In this document: positions 50,376 through 59,075 of the stretch, piece after piece
Layout: the number at the start of each line of letters is the position of its first letter
Position numbering within the stretch: position 1 is the stretch's first letter
DNA from: an uncultured virus (IMG/VR IMGVR_UViG_3300011187_000006)
Lineage: Duplodnaviria > Heunggongvirae > Uroviricota > Caudoviricetes
Virus record (IMG/VR): IMGVR_UViG_3300011187_000006
Coordinates: 1-64,000 of that record
Direction: 5' to 3' (one strand)
Length of the DNA stretch: 64,000 nucleotides
The notes under the pieces: model-generated
The model's database searches: none
What the model was told of the DNA's origin: nothing
Seen by the model: only the letters and a program-made list of their open reading frames with translations
Program-made: the position numbers and the translations under genes

Positions 50376-50632
50376 ATATTTAATTTATTATTTTTTATTT
50401 TCTATTTTCTAGTATATGCTTTTATTAAAATTGATTGTTTGTGATATTAGAAGTTTATCATAAGTAGCACTTACACACTTATACTTACAAACAGATAATA
50501 AGTTGTATTTTTTATATAATTAATACTACTCATCTCATAATTAAATTAATAACCTACTCTGCACAACAATGTATAAAATTACCTAATTTTTAAAGTCCCT
50601 TATTTAATAGATATTTGGGACATTATCATAGT

Positions 50633-50854
50633 CTATTTTTCTGTTTTTACACTTTTTCTAGTATTTAAATCCACTTTAAATATTTCTCCACACTTACAAG
50701 TATGGGGTGAATGTCTGTTTACACCTACTAGTATATCATATGGGCAGTTTTCTAAATCAACTACTTCTAAAAAACCATCACCACTCTTACTTTGAAAATC
50801 TTTCTTCTCACCACATGAAGGGCAAGGTACTTTTACTGTATCGTATAGTCCCAT
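50633..50854 (-). CDS. Small Zn-ribbon protein
   Basis: MGLYD...CPSCG..FQSKSG...CKCG. Confidence 0.55.
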   Translation of the reverse strand: MGLYDTVKVPCPSCGEKKDFQSKSGDGFLEVVDLENCPYDILVGVNRHSPHTCKCGEIFKVDLNTRKSVKTEK

Positions 50855-50985
50855 AATTTATTTTTAAATAATTATCATTTCATAATCAGAATTAAGTAAA
50901 GCACTATTATTCTCATTAAGATATCCTCTCATTGTGGTTGCTATAGTCTTTCTTAATTTCATTGTTTTTCTCTTATATATAAATA

Positions 50986-51414
50986 TCAGTCATTCAATAA
51001 CATTTGAATATTTAAGTATCTTTTGTTTTCTTTCTTCATCATCCATTGATCCTTACAACTATTTATTGATGGGTGTAAACCATTATATTCTTCTTTGTTT
51101 ATCTTATTTTCATCAATATAAGGAATAATTTTATTAACTACAGACGTTATATTAGCTTCCCTTAGTGGAACTGAATTTAATTCTAGAATTATATAATATA
51201 TTGATGTTGTATTTTTATCAGTAACACCCCATATTTTAGTCCAAGTATCCAACTTAACACTTTTGGTTATATTATTATTTTCAATATCAGTTCCTATATG
51301 GAGTATCCACTTTTCTCTAAGATAGCTTGGTGATAGATGTAATATATCAATACCACATTCAGTGCTAATATTGAAATAAAAGTTAATTATATTATTTGTT
51401 TGAATTGTGGTCAT
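50986..51414 (-). CDS. Hypothetical protein
   Basis: ORF track. Confidence 0.5.
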   Translation of the reverse strand: MTTIQTNNIINFYFNISTECGIDILHLSPSYLREKWILHIGTDIENNNITKSVKLDTWTKIWGVTDKNTTSIYYIILELNSVPLREANITSVVNKIIPYIDENKINKEEYNGLHPSINSCKDQWMMKKENKRYLNIQMLLND

Positions 51415-51542
51415 ATAGATTTGTATTATTAAGTGATTAGTGTTGTTAATTCATCTAAAAACATGCAACATCATGATATATAGTAAAATAATATTATAAT
51501 TTTTCTTTCTTTTAGAATTCTTACTATGCAAATATATACTAA

Positions 51543-52298
51543 TTAAATTACTCTTAAAGACTTTATCCAATTTTTAACATTAAAAGATGGACATGCTTTT
51601 GATGAAAATTCATTATGTCCATGAAATGTTATTCTAGGTAATTTATGTTTAAAAGCTCTATAAATGGTTTCATAGACATCCTTTTGCTTTTTAGTTATAT
51701 TATCCAATGCTCTACCATTTCGGTCAACACCACCAATATATGATATATTTATAGTAGTAGAATTGATACCACGAACACCATTAGAGACTCTGTTAAAGTC
51801 TAGTAGTTGATTCCAAGTTCCATCTGGCCTAACAATTATATGATAACCTGGTGAACGCCACCCAAGTGTATTCTTCCAATAATTCACAATGGCAGATACA
51901 GTAGCTTTTTGAGATGTTGCAGTACAATGGAAAACAAGCCTTTTTATATTCCTAGTAATATCACTAGATTCTATTAGGTTTATAAGTTCCCTTGTACTAG
52001 GGGACAAAGGTTGTGTTTCCTCAATATCTTCTACACAGAACATACACTCTGGATCAGATACAGAATCTTCTTCGTTTAGATCAACATCGTAAATTGGTCT
52101 TATTCTATTCTTATCGTTTTTTACTAAAACAGACCAAGTATTAGGACCAACTATACCATCTACGCTTAATCCATTATCTCTTTGAAAATTCTTCAAAGCT
52201 TTCAAAGTGTTAGGACCAAATATACCATCAGGTTTTAGTCCTAACAAGTTTTGTAAATCCTTAACTTTTTCTCCTCTACTTCTAAATCTTATAATCAT
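51543..52298 (-). CDS. Endolysin: peptidoglycan-binding domain plus N-acetylmuramoyl-L-alanine amidase (T7 lysozyme-like)
   Basis: DGIFGPNT/DGIVGPNTW; FHCTAT, GYH, YIGG and GHNEF..KACPSF. Confidence 0.9.
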   Translation of the reverse strand: MIIRFRSRGEKVKDLQNLLGLKPDGIFGPNTLKALKNFQRDNGLSVDGIVGPNTWSVLVKNDKNRIRPIYDVDLNEEDSVSDPECMFCVEDIEETQPLSPSTRELINLIESSDITRNIKRLVFHCTATSQKATVSAIVNYWKNTLGWRSPGYHIIVRPDGTWNQLLDFNRVSNGVRGINSTTINISYIGGVDRNGRALDNITKKQKDVYETIYRAFKHKLPRITFHGHNEFSSKACPSFNVKNWIKSLRVI

Positions 52299-52591
52299 AA
52301 TAATATGTACATTTTCTCTATATATATATTATTAATATGTTTCTAAGAAATCTCCATTAATGAATCACCACCATAAACTATCACATCTACTGAATTTGTT
52401 AGCTTAGAAATCGGTGACATGTCCACAATATCAACAACTCACCTATCTATAGTGAAGCTTTGATATTTTCTAGCCTGATGATTTTTAGACAACTTCTCCA
52501 ATTCATCTGATGCAAATTTAGTAATTACTCCTCTCTCTATCTATCTCGCACTCAAATCTTCTATAATTATTGTTTTTTTTTAATTAAGCTG

Positions 52592-52669
52592 TGGAGGATA
52601 TCGGATTTGAACCGATGTATGACACAGCTTGCAAAGCTATCGCTTACGACCAGACTGAGCTAATCCCCC
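52592..52669 (-). tRNA. tRNA-Ala(TGC)
   Basis: G3:U70 acceptor pair; ATAGC-TTTGCAA-GCTGT. Confidence 0.85.
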
Positions 52670-52677
52670 CATTAATG

Positions 52678-52751
52678 AGCAAATGATAGGATTCGAACCT
52701 ACAACTTTCTGAATGGAAATCAGACACTCTAGCCAATTGAGCTACATTTGC
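52678..52751 (-). tRNA. tRNA-Gly(TCC)
   Basis: TCTGA-TTTCCAT-TCAGA. Confidence 0.87.
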
Positions 52752-52762
52752 ATTTTATATCG

Positions 52763-52836
52763 AGCAGGTAATCGGGATCAAACCGATTCTATTCTAGCTT
52801 GGAAGGCTAGTGCACCATCACTTATGCGTTACCTGC
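52763..52836 (-). tRNA. tRNA-Gly(TCC)
   Basis: CTAGC-CTTCCAA-GCTAG. Confidence 0.8.
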
Positions 52837-52844
52837 TTATTTTG

Positions 52845-52918
52845 TTGGTATGATGGGTATCGAACCCACTATCTCATGGATATAAGCCATGTGCTTTTAC
52901 CATCTAAGCTACATACCA
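52845..52918 (-). tRNA. tRNA-Ile(TAT)
   Basis: CATGG-CTTATAT-CCATG. Confidence 0.85.
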
Positions 52919-52932
52919 ATTTATAATAAAAT

Positions 52933-52961
52933 AAAAAACCCAGTCATTTCTGACTGGGTTT
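52933..52961 (-). terminator. Attenuator terminator upstream of the Ile/Gly/Gly/Ala cluster
   Basis: AAACCCAGTCA-GAAA-TGACTGGGTTTTTT on the minus strand. Confidence 0.88.
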
Positions 52962-52984
52962 ATGATAATTTATAATTAAATTAA

Positions 52985-53059
52985 TTACATAACAATTCCC
53001 AGCCAATGAGTTTTCCCTTTGCCTATCGCTATTATTGCTATGTTATTAATTGTTCTCAT
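52985..53059 (-). CDS. Leader peptide MRTINNIAIIAIGKGKTHWLGIVM
   Basis: 24-aa ORF; ATA GCA ATA ATA GCG ATA GGC AAA GGG block. Confidence 0.8.
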   Translation of the reverse strand: MRTINNIAIIAIGKGKTHWLGIVM

Positions 53060-53106
53060 AATTGTTATATTACACTATATATTAAAAGTTTACTCTCCCT
53101 CTTAAA

Positions 53107-53325
53107 TTAATCTGTATTTTCTAAAATTTTAATCTGTATTTCTGTTCCTTCATAATCAAATCCTCTCTGATAGGTAGGATTTAGATAGTCTTCAAAACTA
53201 TTAAAAGATACTTCTCTAAATATCCCTTTATGGTAAGTTTTCAGTCTTGGTCGATTACCTCGATGTAACAAATCATGTTTTATGTCGAATTCGCCAATTC
53301 CTTCTATCTCTATTTTTAAAACCAT
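53107..53325 (-). CDS. Small hypothetical protein
   Basis: ORF track. Confidence 0.5.
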   Translation of the reverse strand: MVLKIEIEGIGEFDIKHDLLHRGNRPRLKTYHKGIFREVSFNSFEDYLNPTYQRGFDYEGTEIQIKILENTD

Positions 53326-53578
53326 AATAATTTATTTTTGTAATTCAATTTCTTTTAATATCCTTTTCGGATAAAAAAACGAAAAATGTGTCTTAGCTTG
53401 CTCAACATTGTAGGCTTTAAATACACATTTATGTATTTTTTTACCAGTCTTATAAACATATACACACTTAAAATCTTGTATTGTGTTTTTTTCCATTTAA
53501 AAGCTTTTTAAAATTAAATAATAGGCAAATATAAGCATTATATTATTATAATCCTATTTTAAACAATATTTAAATTAG

Positions 53579-53651
53579 TACTCCGTGGGAGAATTGAACT
53601 CCCGTTACCAAGTTGAAAGCCTGGGGTCCTAGTCCACTAGACGAACGGAGC
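53579..53651 (-). tRNA. tRNA-Glu(TTC)
   Basis: CCAGG-CTTTCAA-CTTGG. Confidence 0.88.
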
Positions 53652-53661
53652 ATGTACTAAG

Positions 53662-53744
53662 TGGGCGTAGTGGGACTCGAACCCACAATACCTTTCGGAA
53701 TCGGTTTTACAGACCGACATGACTACCTGTGCCATATTACCCCC
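53662..53744 (-). tRNA. tRNA-Tyr(GTA)
   Basis: TCGGT-CTGTAAA-ACCGA; variable arm CC-GAAA-GG. Confidence 0.82.
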
Positions 53745-53757
53745 ATATTTTTAAAAC

Positions 53758-53794
53758 AAAAAACCCAGTCTATATTACTAGACTGGGTTTTTTT
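53758..53794 (-). terminator. Attenuator terminator upstream of the Tyr/Glu tRNAs
   Basis: AAACCCAGTCTA...TAGACTGGGTTTTTT. Confidence 0.88.
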
Positions 53795-53810
53795 TATACT
53801 ATAATTTAAT

Positions 53811-53894
53811 TTACATTATAGACATCAAAAGACTAGCCGAGCGTTTTCGTTCAGATTCTTCATAATAATATTCTATGTTAGTAAAAGTATTCAT
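53811..53894 (-). CDS. Leader peptide MNTFTNIEYYYEESERKRSASLLMSIM
   Basis: 27-aa ORF; GAA TAT TAT TAT GAA GAA TCT GAA block. Confidence 0.82.
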   Translation of the reverse strand: MNTFTNIEYYYEESERKRSASLLMSIM

Positions 53895-53914
53895 TTTATT
53901 TATTTATTTATTTG

Positions 53915-53987
53915 TAGCGGGAGTTGGACTCGAACCAACGACCTCTAGGTTATGAGCCTAGCGAGCTACCTACTGCTCTACCCCGCG
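53915..53987 (-). tRNA. tRNA-Met(CAT), initiator-like
   Basis: CGCGGGG start with unpaired position 1:72; CTAGG-CTCATAA-CCTAG. Confidence 0.88.
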
Positions 53988-54122
53988 ATTTATGTTTATA
54001 TACTATATATTAAAAAAGTTTTGTCTCTTTTGATATTTATTATACAAATATATGAAATGTATTAATTTAACACACTATTTTTAAGATATAATTAACAAAG
54101 ATATTATTTTAATATATATGGT

Positions 54123-54455
54123 ATGAGAGCTACTACAAGACAAATAGAAGGACAAAGAGTTGAAAGTGAAAGGGAAGTAACTGGACAAGAGGCAGAGGAA
54201 CTACTAAGAAAGTACGGTTACTCTGATAGACAAGATACTATAAGAGATAATAGTGTAAATAAATCAGATAATCTAACATTTGAGGAAATGCTTAAAGAAA
54301 AAGAGGAAAAGGATAAGCAAAAGATGCATGGTGCTAAACCAATAACATTTCATTCTGATAATGGATATCACTCTGAGACTAAGTATGGTTCTGATGAAAG
54401 CACAGGACTTGGATTTAAGATTGAAGTAACAAGTGATATGAAATTACCTAAATAA
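54123..54455 (+). CDS. Hypothetical protein
   Basis: ORF track; TTAATATATA upstream. Confidence 0.55.
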   Translation: MRATTRQIEGQRVESEREVTGQEAEELLRKYGYSDRQDTIRDNSVNKSDNLTFEEMLKEKEEKDKQKMHGAKPITFHSDNGYHSETKYGSDESTGLGFKIEVTSDMKLPK

Positions 54456-54458
54456 CAA

Positions 54459-54980
54459 TTATCTTAATATGGAATTTATCTTTAAATGTCTTATCTTTTC
54501 TTTAGTTTTATGGAACCACCAAGTTTTATCATATGCTTTTCTCATTTGTTTCCAGTCAGGTTTTTTGTCCCAAACGTCATAAACAAATAAACTATCTTGC
54601 CATAATATAAGAGTACTAATCTCACTAGGAAAATCATACATTAACATCTCACTATCATCATTTGTTACACTTATATTATATTCCCATGTTCTTCTATAAT
54701 CATACCATTCCAACTCAAAGGTCTGATCTATTGGTATTGTATTTAAAAACACACCCATTTCTGGATAACATATAAGACTACTATTTCCTTTACTTCTTTT
54801 GTATAAATATTTCTCGTATAAAAAATGTTGTCCAATCTCCAATTGCTTAGACATATTGAAGATATCATATTCTTTATAGTGGCTTGTGAATTTTCTTCCA
54901 TTATCTATTTTCTCATAAATATCAAGAGTTTTTTTCTTGAAATCTCGTACTTCTTTAACTGATTTAAAATTCCGTGTCAT
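54459..54980 (-). CDS. Hypothetical protein with C-terminal RxxKI motif
   Basis: Ends IRHLKINSILR. Confidence 0.55.
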   Translation of the reverse strand: MTRNFKSVKEVRDFKKKTLDIYEKIDNGRKFTSHYKEYDIFNMSKQLEIGQHFLYEKYLYKRSKGNSSLICYPEMGVFLNTIPIDQTFELEWYDYRRTWEYNISVTNDDSEMLMYDFPSEISTLILWQDSLFVYDVWDKKPDWKQMRKAYDKTWWFHKTKEKIRHLKINSILR

Positions 54981-55157
54981 ATGAAAGCATATTTACTTAT
55001 ATATTAAAATTACTACATTAAGTTTAAAAGCAATTGTGAAATTAAATATATATAGTATAATAAAAAATATTATAACGTATGGTATTAGTATACTTTCAAA
55101 AAAAAATAACAATAGACTAAGCAATTGCTCCTGAGCCAGGTGGTTATGTAATAGCAT

Positions 55158-55592
55158 ATGACCGAGATAATTATTTTAGGAGGTGGTAAAATAAATATGA
55201 ATGGTGGTAGTATATTATCAACACAAGGAAGTGATGATATAAAAATGGAATCTAGTGGTCTAAGTTATTCTAATCTAATATATGATTCAGAAAATAACTA
55301 TTTAGGATTTAGTGGTACATCATCATCAGTATTTTCATCAACACCAGAGTACTTTGCATTAGCATTTGATGAAGAAGGTGTACTATACAGTAACGCTAGT
55401 AATGGCACTAGTAGTAGTACTTGGTCAAGATATTTAACAGTTGATGATGCTACTCCACTAGAATATGTTTCTATACCAACAAACAGTACATCTTCGGGTG
55501 TTCAAGGACAAAGAGATTCAGACGACTTATTTATTTACGAATGTATATCAACAGACAATTGGGTTAGATACGAAATCGATCAAAATTTTTAA
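55158..55592 (+). CDS. Hypothetical protein with a tail-fibre-like C-terminal module
   Basis: PTNSTSSGVQGQ...FIYECISTDNWVR. Confidence 0.45.
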   Translation: MTEIIILGGGKINMNGGSILSTQGSDDIKMESSGLSYSNLIYDSENNYLGFSGTSSSVFSSTPEYFALAFDEEGVLYSNASNGTSSSTWSRYLTVDDATPLEYVSIPTNSTSSGVQGQRDSDDLFIYECISTDNWVRYEIDQNF

Positions 55593-55694
55593 AAAATAAA
55601 AAGAAGTGGCTATAACATAAAAATCTAAAGACTTACGAACACACCGTTTCCTTGTGGAATATATCTTATTATGCTTAAATAGATATAGTTGTGT

Positions 55695-56111
55695 TTATTG
55701 GTTATAAATTTCTCTAAAATATTTAGACACTAACTTCTTATCTGCTGGTAATTTACTAAACTTTTTCATAATACCACCTATGTTATCAACACCATCTTTT
55801 ATAAATTGTGAAACTTTCTCTTTTATCTCAATTTCGCTCATTTCTTTAGGAAGATACTTAGATATAATCTCAAGTTCTTCTTTAGCTACTTCATCACCAT
55901 TTGATAAGCTTTCCTTTAAAGATTTAGTCATCTTATTTAAAATTTTAGTAACTTCCTTATCAGATAGTGTTTCTACTCGCATATTCTTCTCTAATGTTTG
56001 AATTTCGCCTTTGACTACTGATAGAAGCTTTTTATCTAAATCTTTTCTAGCTTTAAAAGCCATCATGTAATCTTTACTGATTTCTTCCTTTAATGATAAT
56101 TTGTTTGACAT
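55695..56111 (-). CDS. GatB/YqeY domain protein
   Basis: LKEEI..D...AFKAR, ELEIISKYLP and IGGIMK motifs. Confidence 0.85.
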   Translation of the reverse strand: MSNKLSLKEEISKDYMMAFKARKDLDKKLLSVVKGEIQTLEKNMRVETLSDKEVTKILNKMTKSLKESLSNGDEVAKEELEIISKYLPKEMSEIEIKEKVSQFIKDGVDNIGGIMKKFSKLPADKKLVSKYFREIYNQ

Positions 56112-56142
56112 CTTATAGTTATTTAGTTATTTATTATTAAAA

Positions 56143-56297
56143 AATATGAGAGACAAAAGCTTTTGTTAAGTGTGGACGGAAGCCTAGAACTCTAGTGTAC
56201 TTAACTTTTAGTGATCTAATCACTTGGGCTTACCTTTTAATGGTCTTGTGACCTTCTTTAAGCGTTGCTAAAACACTCATTTTAAGTCTCTCATATT
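56143..56297. ncRNA. Candidate ~155-nt multi-stem structured RNA
   Basis: 12-bp closing stem AATATGAGAGAC/GTCTCTCATATT with several internal hairpins. Confidence 0.5.
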
Positions 56298-56575
56298 CTG
56301 GATATTGTTATTAATATAATACACACCAGAAATATATTACATACTTTTTTATCATATATTTATATATATACGGGGTAGTTCATTGATTTTTATCAAAAGT
56401 AAAAAATTATTTGTCAACTACTTACTACCATAATTCCATTCATTCTACATACTTATACGTTATCGTATATTTTAAGTAATTGTATAAATGGCTCTAACAT
56501 AAAACTATCTTCAATTCAATTGTATCTACTAAGTTATGATTTTGGACTATCACATTTAAAATAAACAATTTGATA

Positions 56576-56791
56576 TTATTTAGAATTTCTGCACAAGATA
56601 TCCAATTTAGAACTAAGTTCATCATCAATTAATGTCTTGTCTGGTAGTTTTCTCCAATTCCAATAACCACAAGAGTATTCCTCTGTTGCTATGAATTTTA
56701 CCTGTTGTTTAAACAATCCAAGAAGAACAGAGTCTTGACAAGTTAATACTATGTTATTTTTTTTATTAATTTCTTTTTTAATTACCCTCAT
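56576..56791 (-). CDS. Small hypothetical protein
   Basis: ORF track. Confidence 0.45.
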   Translation of the reverse strand: MRVIKKEINKKNNIVLTCQDSVLLGLFKQQVKFIATEEYSCGYWNWRKLPDKTLIDDELSSKLDILCRNSK

Positions 56792-57501
56792 CGTACTTTA
56801 TTTATTACTTTTTTGTTAATTGTCTCTTCTAAACTAATGTCTATTTCTGATATTTCACAATATATGTTTTTTTCGTTACATACTTTTAGAGTAGTACCAC
56901 TTCCCCCAAATGGATCATAGACCTTTCTTACATTAGGTAAGCTCTCTAAAATGTTTGAAACTATTTCATCTGGCATAACAGCAATATGGCCTTCTTTTTT
57001 TCTTTTATGAGTAGGGACACATCGCCAAACATCACTCAATTTATTTTCATTGTATAATTTTGTTTTGGGATTTTTAACCAACCAATAGATTCTTTCTGAA
57101 AATGGAAAAAATCTAATCTTATCACAATTGGCACTTTTACCCATATCCCAGACAATTTCTTGTTTTAATAAAAAATTGCTTTTTAATATCCAAGATAGGG
57201 GATGTGTTGCAACTCCATTTTTTATTCTAACCTTATGATTGTAGAACATGCTCCCACCATCCTCAAGTATTCTATAACATCCATTCAGTATTTCTATTTG
57301 CCATTCTTGATAAGCACCTTCGCTCATATCATTATTCGCATAAGTGCCAAACTGTAAATTATTACTATGCATTTTACCAATATTGTAAGGTGGTGATGTT
57401 ATAATAGTGTCAAAACTACCATCTTCAAACCTAGGCATCGTTTCTTCACAAGGTTCTAAATGTATCATGTGTTTTTTTCGATTATTTTTAATATATTTCA
57501 C
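56788..57501 (-). CDS. DNA methyltransferase (N4C/N6A, beta class)
   Basis: ITSPPYN precedes YDPFGGSGTT. Confidence 0.88.
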   Translation of the reverse strand: MKYIKNNRKKHMIHLEPCEETMPRFEDGSFDTIITSPPYNIGKMHSNNLQFGTYANNDMSEGAYQEWQIEILNGCYRILEDGGSMFYNHKVRIKNGVATHPLSWILKSNFLLKQEIVWDMGKSANCDKIRFFPFSERIYWLVKNPKTKLYNENKLSDVWRCVPTHKRKKEGHIAVMPDEIVSNILESLPNVRKVYDPFGGSGTTLKVCNEKNIYCEISEIDISLEETINKKVINKVR

Positions 57502-57766
57502 TCAATCTATTGTTTATATCTTTTTTTAATGCTTCTCTAGAATCCGTTGTATCTTCAATATAATAGCTTATTATATTTCTTTGGGATCTATATTTTCCAC
57601 CAAAACCAAAGTGTCCACAAAATCTCCATTCAGAACAACCGTTTTCACCACTACAATGGTTATAAACAAAGTCTTGTCTGTCAGACTCATTCGCACCTGC
57701 TAATTCTACTAATACATCATATACTGAATTAGCTTTTTTTGTTTGTAAAAATTCGTTCATAATCAT
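57488..57766 (-). CDS. Hypothetical protein
   Basis: EWRFCGHFGFGGK motif. Confidence 0.5.
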   Translation of the reverse strand: MIMNEFLQTKKANSVYDVLVELAGANESDRQDFVYNHCSGENGCSEWRFCGHFGFGGKYRSQRNIISYYIEDTTDSREALKKDINNRLSEIY

Positions 57767-57811
57767 ATTTAAAATATTTTGGCAAATATACTTATTTAAT
57801 ACAATACAAAG

Positions 57812-58246
57812 TTATGTATTTCTAGATATTTCTCTTTTTAAATCTTTTTCTTTTAAATCTTTTCTTTTATCATACAGTTTTTTACCCTTGCCAAGTCCTA
57901 TCTTTACTTTTATCTTATTAGATTTAATAAACACTTTTAAAGGCACACACGTATTTCCTTTATCTTTTAGAAATTTCTGTATCTTCTCTATTTGTTTTTT
58001 TGTCAAAAGTAGCTTTTTATCCCTATCTTCTATATGTACAACAGATGGGTGTGCATGGCTATATTTGCTTACTCTAAAGCTTTTAATATAGACCTCAGAG
58101 TTAGATATGAATATAAAAGAATCATTCATAGACACATTACCATCCCTAATGCTTTTAACCTCACCACCTTCTAACATTATACCACAGTCAAATTCCTCTA
58201 ATATATTAAAATCAAAATATGCTCTTTTATTTTTTATAGTTTTCAT
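57812..58246 (-). CDS. smpB: SsrA-binding protein SmpB
   Basis: NKRAYFD, GIML.GGEVKSIR, R.KKLLL and GKGKKLYDKR motifs. Confidence 0.93.
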   Translation of the reverse strand: MKTIKNKRAYFDFNILEEFDCGIMLEGGEVKSIRDGNVSMNDSFIFISNSEVYIKSFRVSKYSHAHPSVVHIEDRDKKLLLTKKQIEKIQKFLKDKGNTCVPLKVFIKSNKIKVKIGLGKGKKLYDKRKDLKEKDLKREISRNT

Positions 58247-58247
58247 T

Positions 58248-58733
58248 TTAGACGTATCTATTTTTTACACTAGTTATTATATTATTTTCTATATTACATC
58301 CAAAACTAGAACTATATAAGATTTTTCTATCTATACTTGTGATATTATTATTATTTAAAACTGTGAATATTAAGTTGTATTTGCTTGTTCTAACATACCT
58401 TAATATATCTAACAAATCCTTGCCTCTCTTAACAAATGAAGAATATGAATATCCATGAATTTCATTTATATGAATTACAAAGGTGTCTACATCTTTCTCT
58501 CTGGGTATTTTACTATTATTTATGTTCTCACTACCTAATAACTCTTTTATTCTAAGATTGCGGATTGATGATTTAATACCATATTTAGTGAACTCATTAA
58601 TGTATTTGATGTGTGTTTCTTTTGTGGTTAAATATTTGAACACATCTATGCTATGAGTATCATACTCTATAAAGGATATTTTCGACATACGCATAAAACG
58701 AGTAGTTTCCTCTATTGATATTGAATCTCTCAT
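58248..58733 (-). CDS. Hypothetical protein
   Basis: ORF track. Confidence 0.5.
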   Translation of the reverse strand: MRDSISIEETTRFMRMSKISFIEYDTHSIDVFKYLTTKETHIKYINEFTKYGIKSSIRNLRIKELLGSENINNSKIPREKDVDTFVIHINEIHGYSYSSFVKRGKDLLDILRYVRTSKYNLIFTVLNNNNITSIDRKILYSSSFGCNIENNIITSVKNRYV

Positions 58734-58741
58734 ATCTTAAT

Positions 58742-59062
58742 TTATATGTGCTTATCTAGTTCGGTGATTATATCTTTCTTAGACAACACGGCTGATGTTC
58801 TTGATACTATTTCACCATCTTTGTATACTAGTATAGTAGGAATACTCCTTATACCTAATAGTGCTGGTATCTTGCTATTATTATCAACATTTAGCTTACC
58901 AACTCTAATTTTGTTGAGGTATTCGCTAGAAATTTCATCTATTATTGGTGATAAAGATTTGCAAGGTGCACACCAATCAGCATATAAATCTATTAATACT
59001 ATCCCTTTCTTGACAAAATTATCAAAAGTATTATCTTTTAAATCTGTAATATAAGCTACCAT
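58742..59062 (-). CDS. trxA: Thioredoxin
   Basis: WCAPC and IRSIPT motifs. Confidence 0.92.
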   Translation of the reverse strand: MVAYITDLKDNTFDNFVKKGIVLIDLYADWCAPCKSLSPIIDEISSEYLNKIRVGKLNVDNNSKIPALLGIRSIPTILVYKDGEIVSRTSAVLSKKDIITELDKHI

Positions 59063-59075
59063 AATTCATTTATTT

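Noticed and set aside
52330..52570. Possible tmRNA partner for SmpB
   Set aside because: No tRNA-like ends or T loop; looks like a decayed ORF remnant
55078..55190. Programmed frameshift at the A9 run upstream of 55158..55592
   Set aside because: Fragments in several frames cannot be joined by one shift; more likely a degraded 5' end
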